Assembly: GCA_937903035.1 (NCBI GenBank)
Contig: CALCZP010000003.1
Location: forward strand, 65,156 to 129,155
DNA length: 64,000 nt
Direction of reading: 5' to 3'
From: an uncultured bacterium
GTDB lineage: Bacteria; Patescibacteriota; Minisyncoccia; Phycocordibacterales; UBA9973
The position numbers were made by a program, and so were the translations under genes. Under the pieces are notes generated by a model, which was not told the origin of the DNA, did not search any database, and saw only the letters and a program-made list of their open reading frames with translations. Below, in pieces: positions 1 through 10,585 of this stretch; position 1 is the stretch's first letter, and each line of letters begins with the position of its first letter.

Positions 1-3000
1 AGTCGATTCTCCTCCTCTTTCTTTGCTGCGGCAAATGCTGCAGATGCGCTCGGATCTTTCTTGAGGCGTTCAATAATATCATTTTTGAGTTCGACCAGTT
101 TAAGGTGTGCCTTTTGTTCCACTTCTTTACTATTTGCGAGTCGAGATTCCATACCAGAACGTTGGTCTGGGGTAAGGTTTGTGTTTTGGAGTTGCTGCTC
201 CATTTGTTTTTGGTATTCTTGTTGTTGTTTGATGACTGCTTGTTGCGGAGCATTTTTAATTTCTGGTTCTTCATCGATTTTATCTTGCCATTTTTCTGAA
301 GCTGCTTTCTGAGCCTTAGTATCTCGATATGTACTCCATGTTGAGCCTGCACTACCATCAGATACCGCACTAAAGTCGAGTTTTGCATCATTTTTCTTCT
401 GACGTGCTTCAACACGTGCCTTGTCGATCTTTTGAATACCACCTGCTTTGTCTTGTCCTACACCGAGCTTCTTGGAAAACTTGTCGCTCATAGAAATACC
501 CAGATCTTTGCCGGCAGTATCCATAGTCTTGTTGAAAGTACCACCAAGTGTTGCTTCCTTGCCATTGATCTTGATACCGAGGCCTAGGTTTCGAGCATCA
601 AATGATCCTGTCTGACTTTTGTTGTAAAAGTTATTGAGCTGTCTGTTGAAGAATCCGTTGTTCGCATTTGCTGCCCAGCGATCAGCATTGGTCTTGCCAT
701 CCTTGCCTTTGATTGAGCCGATGGCAGTCATTCCTCTCCCTATAACATTTCGTCCAAGGAGTGCTGCCCCGCCTGCTGCAATACCTACGCCGCCACCAAC
801 GATACCGCCAACACCTCCAACAAAGCCATTTACGCCATTTTGAACTGCATTACCAATCTTGCCGCCATATTCCTTGGCAATACCTGCTGCCTGTTTGATG
901 AGGGTATAGATAATGAGCATTGGGATTGTGATGTAGAGTACATTTTCAAAAAATGAGTGATCGCTTCTGGTGAGGCCAAACTCATTGAGAAAGTCTGTCT
1001 GCAAGAATGAATACACAATATAGAGAAAGAAAATAAAGATTGGCGCAAGCATTGCATAGCTTGTGAGTTCCTTGACCCAGCTATCCCATGTGAGCTCCCT
1101 GATACCACTAATCAGTGGGAGTTTGCCTCGTGAGAGAAATGCAAATGGTGAGAATATCATACAAATATAGAGCCCGACGACACGCCCGAGGAACATAAAT
1201 GATACCCCCCAGAACATGAGCGCTATGGCAAACATGATCGCAGCACCAATGAGTGTGACAATAATGAAGTATCCCGCGTATTCGCTTGATGACAGACTCA
1301 TGTTGTTACCACTCTCCAAACTTCCTGTATTAATAGTGCCATTTGAAGCACTTGTTGAGGCGCCAAAACTTGTTGCAGTTCCTGCTGATTTGTCAGTGGT
1401 ACTTGCAGTTGTTTCTGTTCCAGATGATGAGAGTGTTGAAGAGCTCAGAATGGTTTGAGGATTAAACGATGACACGATCTTTTCAGACAGTGGCCAGTAT
1501 CCTCCTATTCCTCTCTTGTACTCAACTTTTCCTGTCGTTGGATCTGGTGAACAGTCCTTGGTACTACAGACACCGAGCTGGTTGTAGAACACTCGTGCTA
1601 CTACGTTTGAAAGGTCAATCACCACTCGTGTACCAAAGAGACTAAAGTTGATGATGAGTGCATTGATGACGAGTGTCGGTACGACCTTCTTCATACTGAT
1701 ACCTCCTATGCTAAATACCGTCGAAAATCCGGTCCACACAAGGATAATAATGAAGAATATGTTGGCAATATCACGTACGAGCTGCCAGCCAGTGTTGACG
1801 AATGCAAACCGATATGACTCATCACTCACTGAGTACCCGATAAAGAAGTCAAATAGATAGCCAAAAAGTGCTGCGATCCAGCTGATCGGTTTAAAAATAA
1901 GTCCGTAGATAATCTGTGCTACACAGCCAAGAACACTACCACTAACGATCCCGCATTCAGGAAGTCCACCGTTTGCATCTTGTTTGATAACTTCTGTAAC
2001 ACCCGCAGCAGTTTGTCCTGCATCATTCAATGCTGCAGCATAGTTGGGTGGTATTTTGTACGTGACAGTTTCTCCTATTTTAAAGTAACGATTATCATCT
2101 TTTTGCAACATGTACGCATCGTTTATACATCCCGTTTTGCAGCCAATTTGTTTCAAGCCATCTGGTTGACCAGTAGTTGAAGGATAAATAGTTTGATAAT
2201 AGTAGTCATTATTTGTATTTGGGTTATATACATAAAATTCACCAGAAGGAGTTTTTTCACCACCTATATTTGTTGAAGTATCAGTTATTTGTCTTGATGG
2301 CCAGTTTACGTTACTAGTTAGACCGGCAGAGTCACTTCCAAGTTTTTGATCCCAATAAAGCGTATCTCCTTTGTACCAAAGATCAACTTTTATTTCAGAA
2401 CCATATTTAATAGGGGTTGTAGGTTTAAAAGTTGTTCGTATTTGCTGTTTCCCTATAACTTCTTGTTTACTATTACCAAAAAAAATTCCTGATGCATCGT
2501 ATTTTTGAAAATAGAAAAATTTTGATTGTTCAGCTGCCGCACCAATTGTTGCAGTTTTATCCCAAAGTTTCTCTGTCTTAATAGTTTGATACTCAGTGTG
2601 TGCCTTACCATCTTTGTCAGTATATTGAATCCTTACGATGTAAGGATCAGAACTTTCATTATGTACATAACTATAAAACCACGCGCTTGGCTCAAGAGGA
2701 GTTCTATTTTTAGCAGCACTAACTCCTTTCCACCATCCATAAAGATTTTTATCTCCGTCCATGACAAGCCATGGTAGAAAATTGACCTCAATAATCCCTC
2801 CAGGATCCGTAGTTGCATTCATCTTTGCCTGAATTGCAGGTGAACCATCAGTGCCATTTATAAAACCACTTGATTGAGCAGTACTATCTAAAGTACAAAA
2901 AAGTGTTTTGAAATAGTAAAGTCGATCTTCTTTTGTAACATTTCCGCAAGGAGAAGAATCTTCTGGTTTTACTTGTGCAAATAAATTTGTTCTTACTGTA

Positions 3001-3092
3001 AAAAAGGTAAGTGAGAAAAGTAAACAAAAAACTATCGTTTTAGATAAACGTTTAAGAGAGAGTGTAATACGAAAAAATACGCGTGCGTGCAC
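1..3092 (-). CDS. Large TrbL/VirB6-like polytopic membrane protein with an N-terminal extracellular region (3'-partial, runs off the window)
   Basis: Not in the ORF track because there is no stop in the window. Segments read by hand are in one frame from GTG 3092 (TGATACAAT-N6-GTG): signal-like KRLSKTIVFCLLFSLTFF, the motif GWQLVRDIANIFFIIILVWTGF typical of CPR VirB6-like proteins, several TM segments, a Gly-rich stretch and a charged tail. Confidence 0.7.
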   Translation of the reverse strand, partial: MHARVFFRITLSLKRLSKTIVFCLLFSLTFFTVRTNLFAQVKPEDSSPCGNVTKEDRLYYFKTLFCTLDSTAQSSGFINGTDGSPAIQAKMNATTDPGGIIEVNFLPWLVMDGDKNLYGWWKGVSAAKNRTPLEPSAWFYSYVHNESSDPYIVRIQYTDKDGKAHTEYQTIKTEKLWDKTATIGAAAEQSKFFYFQKYDASGIFFGNSKQEVIGKQQIRTTFKPTTPIKYGSEIKVDLWYKGDTLYWDQKLGSDSAGLTSNVNWPSRQITDTSTNIGGEKTPSGEFYVYNPNTNNDYYYQTIYPSTTGQPDGLKQIGCKTGCINDAYMLQKDDNRYFKIGETVTYKIPPNYAAALNDAGQTAAGVTEVIKQDANGGLPECGIVSGSVLGCVAQIIYGLIFKPISWIAALFGYLFDFFIGYSVSDESYRFAFVNTGWQLVRDIANIFFIIILVWTGFSTVFSIGGISMKKVVPTLVINALIINFSLFGTRVVIDLSNVVARVFYNQLGVCSTKDCSPDPTTGKVEYKRGIGGYWPLSEKIVSSFNPQTILSSSTLSSSGTETTASTTDKSAGTATSFGASTSASNGTINTGSLESGNNMSLSSSEYAGYFIIVTLIGAAIMFAIALMFWGVSFMFLGRVVGLYICMIFSPFAFLSRGKLPLISGIRELTWDSWVKELTSYAMLAPIFIFFLYIVYSFLQTDFLNEFGLTRSDHSFFENVLYITIPMLIIYTLIKQAAGIAKEYGGKIGNAVQNGVNGFVGGVGGIVGGGVGIAAGGAALLGRNVIGRGMTAIGSIKGKDGKTNADRWAANANNGFFNRQLNNFYNKSQTGSFDARNLGLGIKINGKEATLGGTFNKTMDTAGKDLGISMSDKFSKKLGVGQDKAGGIQKIDKARVEARQKKNDAKLDFSAVSDGSAGSTWSTYRDTKAQKAASEKWQDKIDEEPEIKNAPQQAVIKQQQEYQKQMEQQLQNTNLTPDQRSGMESRLANSKEVEQKAHLKLVELKNDIIERLKKDPSASAAFAAAKKEEENR

Positions 3093-3124
3093 TGACAAAT
3101 TGTATCATTTTTGGAGAGCGCAAA

Positions 3125-4042
3125 CTACCAGAGATTGAGACGAAGTGAATCTTCAATGATGAAATCTGCCGGTGCAGCAAAGCCATTACTATTACAGCTG
3201 TATCCGTCTCGAGAGCTACCATGAAAATGGAACCATCCATCAGAACTACGACATGCGTTAAGTCGTGTTGGAAGTGGTGTGAAGAAATAGCGAAGCATGT
3301 CCCCTGCTTCATGCCAAAATGGTGTTGCTACTTTGACCTTAAGCTCTGGCTGGGTAAAGATTGGAGCTTTGGTCTGACACCAGGCAGTGAGCTCGGTTGC
3401 TCGCTTGACTGTGTAGTTGTACTCATCAAAGTTATCGCGCTCTTGGTTTGCGTCAGCGCTGTTGTGGAGTCGTGAGGCAATGCGCTCAAACCGTGCACGG
3501 AGTCTATCGAGATCTGCACGTTCTTGGTCAGTAAAAGCAATATTTGTGTCTGCTTCGCTACAGCCTGCCCCAAGCGTTGTTGGTGTTGTTCCAGATCCTC
3601 CTGTCCCTGGGTTGCTCGCGGTCCCGGATGTTGTTGTAGTGGTTGTTCCTCCACCACTAGAGGTGCCACTACCGGGCATACCTCCGATACTAATACCTCC
3701 AGAGAGGTTACTATCCCCAAGAGGAGTAATCGTATCACTCGTAAAGTTGCTAGTGAGTACTTGTCCCCCACCTGTATTTATATTGTCACCAAATGACCCA
3801 TCACTATTCATAGGAGTACTCGTAGTTGAGCTAGTAGTATCAGTAAAGTCTGATGAGAGTTCACCATTTGCACCTGTTTGTCTAGTGCCTTTGCCGCCAA
3901 GTCCGATAAATTCTCGGAATGTTGGGGCTGTTCTACCGTTTTGCACAGCAATCTTGCGACTTCGCTGCCACAATACTCCCACAGTTGCGAGTATGAGGAG
4001 TATGAGAGCAATGATACTAATGATGACTCCGCGCTTTGTCAT
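3125..4042 (-). CDS. Hypothetical membrane-anchored protein with a Gly/Thr/Ser-rich linker and Cys-containing C-terminal domain
   Basis: 305-aa ORF with an N-terminal TM helix and a low-complexity middle; tightly packed with its neighbours. Confidence 0.75.
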   Translation of the reverse strand: MTKRGVIISIIALILLILATVGVLWQRSRKIAVQNGRTAPTFREFIGLGGKGTRQTGANGELSSDFTDTTSSTTSTPMNSDGSFGDNINTGGGQVLTSNFTSDTITPLGDSNLSGGISIGGMPGSGTSSGGGTTTTTTSGTASNPGTGGSGTTPTTLGAGCSEADTNIAFTDQERADLDRLRARFERIASRLHNSADANQERDNFDEYNYTVKRATELTAWCQTKAPIFTQPELKVKVATPFWHEAGDMLRYFFTPLPTRLNACRSSDGWFHFHGSSRDGYSCNSNGFAAPADFIIEDSLRLNLW

Positions 4043-4044
4043 GG

Positions 4045-6366
4045 TTATATAGTACTATAGAAATAATCTTTTGCGGCTTTTGACTTCTGTATATCTGGAT
4101 TTGGAGTGTTGTCATCAGTCTGCCTATCGCGTTTGTTGTCCGCATTAACGTCATCAGGATTGATCTTGTTGTTGTTGATGATGTATGCCTGATTGATACA
4201 TGCGAGATCTACTGGAGTACCATTTGCTGCTTGTTCTGCAATATAGCGAGCTTTTGCTGCGGCAACGATTCGGTTTACTTCTTTACGGAGATCTTCGAGT
4301 TCGCGAATTGCGCGGCGCGCGTCCTCCTCATTTGCTTCATACTGGGTAAGTGTGTCTGGCATGTTTTGGCTATACGCAGGGAGTCGTGAGATCTGATCTG
4401 CCATATCCTCCGCATTACCAATAGCGCTCAGTTTGCCACTCTCCGTTGACTCGGATGCTTCATAGATATCGGAGATACGCTTCTTGGCGAATGCGGGCTT
4501 GTACTTGGCGACGAGTCGTTCAAATGCCCTATCAAATATATCGTACTTGCTATCATCAAATGTTTCTCGACCGTCCATTGGATAGTCTTTTGTTTTGCTC
4601 GGATCAATCTGAGTCTTGTCATAGAGTAGCGCGTTGACATGATACTCTGATTCATCACCAGAAAGTCCTGTTCCTCGTTCATCAGTCTGATATATCGCGC
4701 TGACCCATGTTTGGTAGTTGTTTACGAGACCTTCTTGCCATGTTGGGTTTGGTCCTGGATAGCAGTAGTCGAGTTTGCCAAGGGCTGGGATCACTGATTG
4801 GATTTTGTTGTGTGCGTCATATGTACGATTTAAAAAGTTGTACTGGTCAATAAGGATGGCATAGAGCATCTGTGGTCGAGTAATATCAAAGTCTCCCCCA
4901 ATACCGCTTGCGCCACTCACATTACTTGTCTTGATAGGATTGCCGTTTGAATCAAGGACAACATTGAGATCCCCTACTCCTGCATAGTCATTAATACCTG
5001 CTCGCCCACCGAGTGCCGCGAGACCCTTACTAAAGAGGTTGTTCACAAGCTTATCAAAAAATGAGCTGAGTACTTCGTTCATACTGTCGGCAAGCTCGAG
5101 TTGACTCTTTGTTGATCCAGTAACACCAGCAATTTGTTCAGCAATGATGGATCCTGGAGTTACTGTTTTGTATTTCAAACATTTTGGTTTCCCACTTGAA
5201 TTTGCAGGAGTTGGGGCATTACATGCTTTGACAAGATCGTCATATTTCTTGTTTACTCCTGATTTACACGCAGCAATTGCAGTTGTGTTTTGTACTGGGC
5301 CGGTCAGCGCACTGGTGACTGTTGTATTGGATACGACACAGGTTTGGAGCTCTTGAGTACGCTCAACACTATATTTTGCTGTACAAGAGTCTGTCGATGT
5401 AGCAGTCTCAGTCTTGACTGTCTGAGGTTTTTCCCATTCAACACATTCTTTCATATCAAGAAAGCCATTGTTCCGCTGTATCTCTGCCTGGGTTGCTGCC
5501 TGTTTTTCATCTATTTTTTGTTCTAGCTTGCTTGCTGCTGTCATCACTGCACCGATGGGATTGTTACTATCTCTCTGGGTAGTGTTGAGCCACGCATTCC
5601 ATCCTCCCTGACTAAAGTCACTCATGAATGAATTGTACGCCTTTGCTTGGGGCGTGTTCATTGTTTTATTTATGAGACCATCACTTTTACCAGTGAGTTG
5701 CTGGGTGACTGTTGATCGAAGTGCGTTTCCAAATATAGGGTTGCTCCCCTGTAGTGTTGTGAGGTATTGCTCAACCTCACGATCTTTGATGCGCTTGAGA
5801 AATGAATTCTCGTCTTGCACATAGAGCGGGTTGCCGCCAAAGCCGGTGTTTGCCCAGTTGATAGTACTCGTTGAAAGTTGTTGGAGCATTTTCTTGGCAA
5901 TGGTGTAGGCTGCCCCATCAAGACATGTTTTGGCGTTTTTGAGTGTTGCGTCTCCAACTGGAACTTCCTTACTAGCCAGGCTTGAAAGTGCCTGGGTTGC
6001 AAGACCCATAAGACCCTGAATTGCAGCGTTTTTTGCGCAGCCAATGACTGCAGCACTGGTGACACTCAGGAGACTATTTCCAAAGCTATTAGCGTTGCTG
6101 TTGCCTAGACCGTTAGTAGTACCCCCAGTTGTACCGCTACTATTTGTTGTTCCTGTTGTACCTGTCCCAGTACTTCCGGTTGTCCCTCCAGTAGTGCTAC
6201 CAGTTGTACCACCAGTGTTAGTACTTCCTGTAGTGCCAGTCCCTGTACTACCTGTACTACCGCCAGTGTTTGTTGATCCTGTAAGTCCGGGATTTGTTTG
6301 TGCACTCACTTGCACTGAGCTTGAAAGAGTGAGGATAAGTAGTACTACAAAAAATGCATTCTTCAT
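4045..6366 (-). CDS. Large secreted hypothetical protein with an N-terminal G/T/S low-complexity repeat
   Basis: 773 aa; signal peptide MKNAFFVVLL...SAQ, GSTNTGG-like repeats, INWANTGFGGNP motif and several Cys. Confidence 0.8.
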   Translation of the reverse strand: MKNAFFVVLLILTLSSSVQVSAQTNPGLTGSTNTGGSTGSTGTGTTGSTNTGGTTGSTTGGTTGSTGTGTTGTTNSSGTTGGTTNGLGNSNANSFGNSLLSVTSAAVIGCAKNAAIQGLMGLATQALSSLASKEVPVGDATLKNAKTCLDGAAYTIAKKMLQQLSTSTINWANTGFGGNPLYVQDENSFLKRIKDREVEQYLTTLQGSNPIFGNALRSTVTQQLTGKSDGLINKTMNTPQAKAYNSFMSDFSQGGWNAWLNTTQRDSNNPIGAVMTAASKLEQKIDEKQAATQAEIQRNNGFLDMKECVEWEKPQTVKTETATSTDSCTAKYSVERTQELQTCVVSNTTVTSALTGPVQNTTAIAACKSGVNKKYDDLVKACNAPTPANSSGKPKCLKYKTVTPGSIIAEQIAGVTGSTKSQLELADSMNEVLSSFFDKLVNNLFSKGLAALGGRAGINDYAGVGDLNVVLDSNGNPIKTSNVSGASGIGGDFDITRPQMLYAILIDQYNFLNRTYDAHNKIQSVIPALGKLDYCYPGPNPTWQEGLVNNYQTWVSAIYQTDERGTGLSGDESEYHVNALLYDKTQIDPSKTKDYPMDGRETFDDSKYDIFDRAFERLVAKYKPAFAKKRISDIYEASESTESGKLSAIGNAEDMADQISRLPAYSQNMPDTLTQYEANEEDARRAIRELEDLRKEVNRIVAAAKARYIAEQAANGTPVDLACINQAYIINNNKINPDDVNADNKRDRQTDDNTPNPDIQKSKAAKDYFYSTI
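6100..6290 (-). repeat. Coding low-complexity repeat (TGSTNTGGSTGSTGTGTT...)
   Basis: Imperfect Gly/Thr/Ser peptide repeats in the 773-aa protein; boundaries approximate. Confidence 0.7.
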
Positions 6367-6369
6367 GTA

Positions 6370-7242
6370 TTACCGAAGTATACCGTATCTAATGAAATAT
6401 TCCTGCATCCCGAGCAGTGAAGTACCAAGTCGATCCGAATAGCTATTGTAGATAGCGATACCTGCAAGTGCTTGGGTGCTGTTATTTTCAAGCTGCATAA
6501 GATAAGTAAACGATGCAGCAATACCATAGAGGCTGTTGGCGATATCAAGATGGTATTTAGATACACCGATTGGCGCAGGGATTTTCATGAGTGCAGCAGC
6601 GTATGCTTTGTAATCGACCGCTGTTTGGGCAAGCTCAGGGAGACGACTATAGTCTTCATTTTGGAGCGCATTCATCACGACATCGATATCGGCTTGTTCG
6701 AAGTCATATGAGTTGGTGAGTTTACCAAATGCTGTTGCATATGTTTGCAGCGATGCTGACGTTGTAGGAACGCTTTTGACATCGTTGAGTGAGTATTTAA
6801 GCCCCACCTTTGCAAGATCGATAGTTGAACCAAAGCTTGCAGCTATCTGTGCAAGTGCAGCATTGTCGGTCTGATCTGACTGTCCAAATGCCGCAGAGAG
6901 TGCAAAAAGATCTCGTGCGAGCTTGTCGGTATCGTTGGTTGGATCACTTTCTTGAATACCAAGGGATTTTTTTTTCTGCTCGATGATTTCTTTATTAGGA
7001 ACACCATTGGTATACAGTACACTAGGATCAAGTCCCCAGAGTTTCTCCTCCCAGTCAGCAATACCATTACCATTGGTGTCTTGGGCAAGAGTCCCTCCTA
7101 CAGTTTTTGGTACAGGCGGTAAGGGTTTTTTGTGAAGCAATGCTCTGAACCAGGTAGTCTGTACCACAAGGAGGATTGCGGTGAGACCAATAGCGATAGA
7201 GCCGCGGATTATGAATTGTTTGCTTGGACGATTAGTATTCAT
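6370..7242 (-). CDS. Hypothetical membrane-anchored protein with a DxNxNG Ca-binding-like (thrombospondin type 3-like) motif
   Basis: N-terminal TM helix, then DTNGNGIADWEEKLWGLDP. ATG 7242 lies 2 nt after the upstream stop. Confidence 0.7.
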   Translation of the reverse strand: MNTNRPSKQFIIRGSIAIGLTAILLVVQTTWFRALLHKKPLPPVPKTVGGTLAQDTNGNGIADWEEKLWGLDPSVLYTNGVPNKEIIEQKKKSLGIQESDPTNDTDKLARDLFALSAAFGQSDQTDNAALAQIAASFGSTIDLAKVGLKYSLNDVKSVPTTSASLQTYATAFGKLTNSYDFEQADIDVVMNALQNEDYSRLPELAQTAVDYKAYAAALMKIPAPIGVSKYHLDIANSLYGIAASFTYLMQLENNSTQALAGIAIYNSYSDRLGTSLLGMQEYFIRYGILR

Positions 7243-7243
7243 A

Positions 7244-7606
7244 TTAGCGTGATACACCGTAGAGTTTTACTTCAAATGCAGGAACAGGGACGCCGGTTTC
7301 TGGATTAAAACACGTTTTAGCATCAGGAATAAGGCTACGGTTTCCAAGAATCCATCCTAAACGCTTTGGAGTACCACTTTTTGTAATACGGATAAAATAA
7401 GGACCTGCTGGATAGGCTGCTACTGGGCGTATAAAAAACGGTCCATACGCAGCAGTGCAAGTAATGGTAGCACTTGAATCTGTTGGGGTAGAAATTATTG
7501 ATCCGCCAAATGGACGAGTCGGAAGGCTTATAGCGTAGGATAGTGCAGGAATAAGAAACGCTATGAGAAAAAGTGCGAGCACGATAAGTTTGTGTTTTTT
7601 CATCAC
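7244..7606 (-). CDS. Small secreted hypothetical protein with two Cys
   Basis: Signal peptide ending ...LSYA; PFGGSI motif; 120 aa. Confidence 0.7.
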   Translation of the reverse strand: MMKKHKLIVLALFLIAFLIPALSYAISLPTRPFGGSIISTPTDSSATITCTAAYGPFFIRPVAAYPAGPYFIRITKSGTPKRLGWILGNRSLIPDAKTCFNPETGVPVPAFEVKLYGVSR

Positions 7607-7618
7607 GTATCTATTGTA

Positions 7619-8413
7619 CTACCTTTGAACACTCTCTTCTACATGTTGAGTGACTACTCCCCACTCTCCAAGGGTGAGTTCTTCGGGGCGTGTTTTTGGG
7701 TCAAGCGGAATTTGTGCAAGGACACTGAGTGCTTGATCTTTATCATCCAAGAATTCCGCGAGGCTTCCACCGATTTGTTTTCGTTTTTTACCAAAGAGTG
7801 ACTTCATGATCTCAAAAAACAATTTTTCGCTGGTATGGGTGAAAAAAACTCGCGAAATACACTCTATATATAGTATGGCGGAGTCTACCTTTGGTGGCGG
7901 GTTGAATGCTCCAGCAGGGACTCTGGCAATGACTTTTGGTTTCCCATAGGCACGTACTGCTATAGAAAGAACGCTTTGCTTGCCATCTCGCGCAACGATA
8001 CGATCTGCTACTTCTTTTTGCATGAGGAGTACCATGCTTTGCGGCTGGTACTCAGTGCTCAGAAATTGCTCAATGATCGCACCGGTGATGTAGTACGGGA
8101 TATTAGCGACGAGTTTGTACTTTTTTGGTAGTGTTGATGGGTCAAATTTGAGAATATCTCCCTCGATAATCTCAAGCTTTCCTGCGGTAATAGCAGCTGC
8201 AAATCGTTCTTCGAGTATTGCGATCATATCCCTATCCTTTTCAATAGCGAGTACTTTCTGAGCTTTTCCAATGAGTCGCTCGGTTAAAATCCCGGTTCCT
8301 GGACCGATTTCAAGGATAAAATCCGTAGGTGCGATATCAGCTGCATCAACAATCTGACCCAATGCTTTCTCACTCTTGAGGAAATGCTGTCCGAGTGACT
8401 TCTTTGCTTTCAT
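7619..8413 (-). CDS. rsmA: 16S rRNA m6,2A dimethyltransferase RsmA/KsgA
   Basis: KKSLGQHFL, LEIGPGTG, VANIPYYIT, FNPPPKVDS motifs. Confidence 0.97.
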   Translation of the reverse strand: MKAKKSLGQHFLKSEKALGQIVDAADIAPTDFILEIGPGTGILTERLIGKAQKVLAIEKDRDMIAILEERFAAAITAGKLEIIEGDILKFDPSTLPKKYKLVANIPYYITGAIIEQFLSTEYQPQSMVLLMQKEVADRIVARDGKQSVLSIAVRAYGKPKVIARVPAGAFNPPPKVDSAILYIECISRVFFTHTSEKLFFEIMKSLFGKKRKQIGGSLAEFLDDKDQALSVLAQIPLDPKTRPEELTLGEWGVVTQHVEESVQR

Positions 8414-8464
8414 ATAAACTACTCTCTCATATAATCACATAAAAGCGAAGCATATAAAGCGCTC

Positions 8465-10372
8465 TTAGAGATAGACCGTAAATCCTGCCTCCCCTTGTCT
8501 ACTCTCACGCGTAATGAGTTCGTCAGGAATATCCATTAGAAATTCGCTTGGCATTCGCACATCACGCATACCATAGATGGTGCGCATCGATGCATAGGTC
8601 AGATAGAGTTTGTGGCGTGCTCGCGTGATCGCGACGTACATGAGACGGCGTTCTTCTTCGGCATCTGCCCCAGTCTTTTTACTGTCACGTTCACTCGGGA
8701 AAAGCCCTTGTTCAAGTCCTGTTACAAATACGGTCGCAAACTCAAGTCCCTTTGATGCGTGAATCGTCATAAGCTTCACACCTTTTGCTGCTTCGAGATT
8801 ATCCTGATCACTCATGAGTGCTGCCTCCTCGAGGATTTTGTCGAGTCCATCTTCAGTCCCCATTTGATCGTATCTGACGCCGAGCGTTACGAGCTCACGG
8901 AGATTCTCGATACGTTCCTCCGCATCAGGCTCGCCTTTGTAAAACTCTTCCATCTTGCTCTCAGTAATGATGTATTTGAGTGTTGCTGATACGGAGTTTG
9001 TCGTTGCATAGTCCGCAATATTTTCGATGAGTTTGTAGAACTGCTCAACTGACGTCTTTGCTTTGCCGCTGAGACTATCTTTACCTTCCGCAAAGAGTTT
9101 AGTGATAGTGACTTTACCGATACCACGTGTCGGCACATTGATGATACGTTTTATGTCGATGGTACTTTCCGGTGTGAGTGCTGCTCGTAAATATGAGAGC
9201 ACGTCTTTGATTTCCTTGCGTTCAAAGAACTTTACGCCGAGCACTTGGTACGGAATATGATATGAGAGAAATGCTTCTTCGATCGCACGTGATTGAAAGT
9301 TGGTACGAAACAGTACTGCAATATCCTCTGGTAGAGTACCGTTATCGATTGCTTCAATGCATCGCTCAACAATAAAGTTCGCTTCGTCGCTCTCATCATA
9401 TGCACTATAGACGGAGAGCATTTCCCCTTCTGCGTTGTTGGTAAAGAGGTTTTTGGGTTTACGGTAGCTATTTTTGCCAATGATTTCATTCGCTGCCGCA
9501 AGTACTGCTTTGGTCGAGCGGTAGTTTTCCTCAAGGAGCACGACGGTTGCTTCGGGGTAGTCATGTTCAAATTCCAAAATATTTTTGATATTTGCACCGC
9601 GCCATGAGTAGATACTTTGATCGGAGTCACCTACGACACAAATGTTTTTGGTATGTGATGCCAGTGCTTTGGCAATACGGTACTGCACTTCGTTGGTGTC
9701 CTGGTATTCATCCACGTGAATGTGAGACCATCGAGCGTGGCACCATGCTCGTGCTTCTTCATTATCCTCAAGGAGTCTGACAACTTCGGTGAGGAGATCA
9801 TCAAAGTCGAGTGCCTTTTGTTCAATTTTGCTCGCGCGATAGCGCTTCCAGATTTGTCCCGCAAGTCGGTAGTGGGGATTTGCTTCGCTCATAAGTTGCT
9901 CCGGATCAAGAAATGCATTTGCTGAGCGACTGATCGTATTTTTAATACCACGCGGATCATGTGCTTTTGGGTCCATACCAAAGTACACCATCGCTTCCTT
10001 GATCAGTGCGGTTGTATCCCCATCATCGAGGATTGTGAAGCGCTTTGCAGTGCCATTGTATGCACCGAACTTACGCAAGAGGTAGACACAGAGACTGTGG
10101 AACGTTGCGAGAAATGGAAGCTCCTGATGCGACACAAACGGAATATCAGTTACCATGTGCGATACACGTTCGCGCATTTCTTTTGCTGCCTTGTTGGTAA
10201 ATGTCACTGCAAGGATACTTGATGGGCTGACACCGGTGATGATGAGGTGACAAATACGGTGCGCGATGGTCTTGGTCTTGCCTGCACCGGCACCTGCAAC
10301 AATGAGGAGTGGTCCGTCAGTCGTGATCACTGCCTTCTTTTGCACGTCATTGAGTCCTTGGGTGAAATCCAT
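8465..10372 (-). CDS. pcrA: UvrD/PcrA family SF1 DNA helicase
   Basis: AGAGAGKT, VTFTNKAAKEM, VDEYQDTN, LEENYRS, TIHASKGLEF, EERRLMYVAITRA. Confidence 0.95.
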   Translation of the reverse strand: MDFTQGLNDVQKKAVITTDGPLLIVAGAGAGKTKTIAHRICHLIITGVSPSSILAVTFTNKAAKEMRERVSHMVTDIPFVSHQELPFLATFHSLCVYLLRKFGAYNGTAKRFTILDDGDTTALIKEAMVYFGMDPKAHDPRGIKNTISRSANAFLDPEQLMSEANPHYRLAGQIWKRYRASKIEQKALDFDDLLTEVVRLLEDNEEARAWCHARWSHIHVDEYQDTNEVQYRIAKALASHTKNICVVGDSDQSIYSWRGANIKNILEFEHDYPEATVVLLEENYRSTKAVLAAANEIIGKNSYRKPKNLFTNNAEGEMLSVYSAYDESDEANFIVERCIEAIDNGTLPEDIAVLFRTNFQSRAIEEAFLSYHIPYQVLGVKFFERKEIKDVLSYLRAALTPESTIDIKRIINVPTRGIGKVTITKLFAEGKDSLSGKAKTSVEQFYKLIENIADYATTNSVSATLKYIITESKMEEFYKGEPDAEERIENLRELVTLGVRYDQMGTEDGLDKILEEAALMSDQDNLEAAKGVKLMTIHASKGLEFATVFVTGLEQGLFPSERDSKKTGADAEEERRLMYVAITRARHKLYLTYASMRTIYGMRDVRMPSEFLMDIPDELITRESRQGEAGFTVYL

Positions 10373-10585
10373 AGTCCATAGATTGTACCGACAAATATCA
10401 GAAAACAGAAATAACCCTTGAATTGTCTATATAAATAGCTTGGTCGATATAAGGTAACATGCAGCTTTTTTGGTCAAGATATTGGTATATATGGATATAA
10501 TGCCTAAAGTAGATTGACCGAATATTTCTCGCATGGTGAAATCATAAAATGAGTAGTTTTCTTGGTATCATTTCTATTTGTAAGT

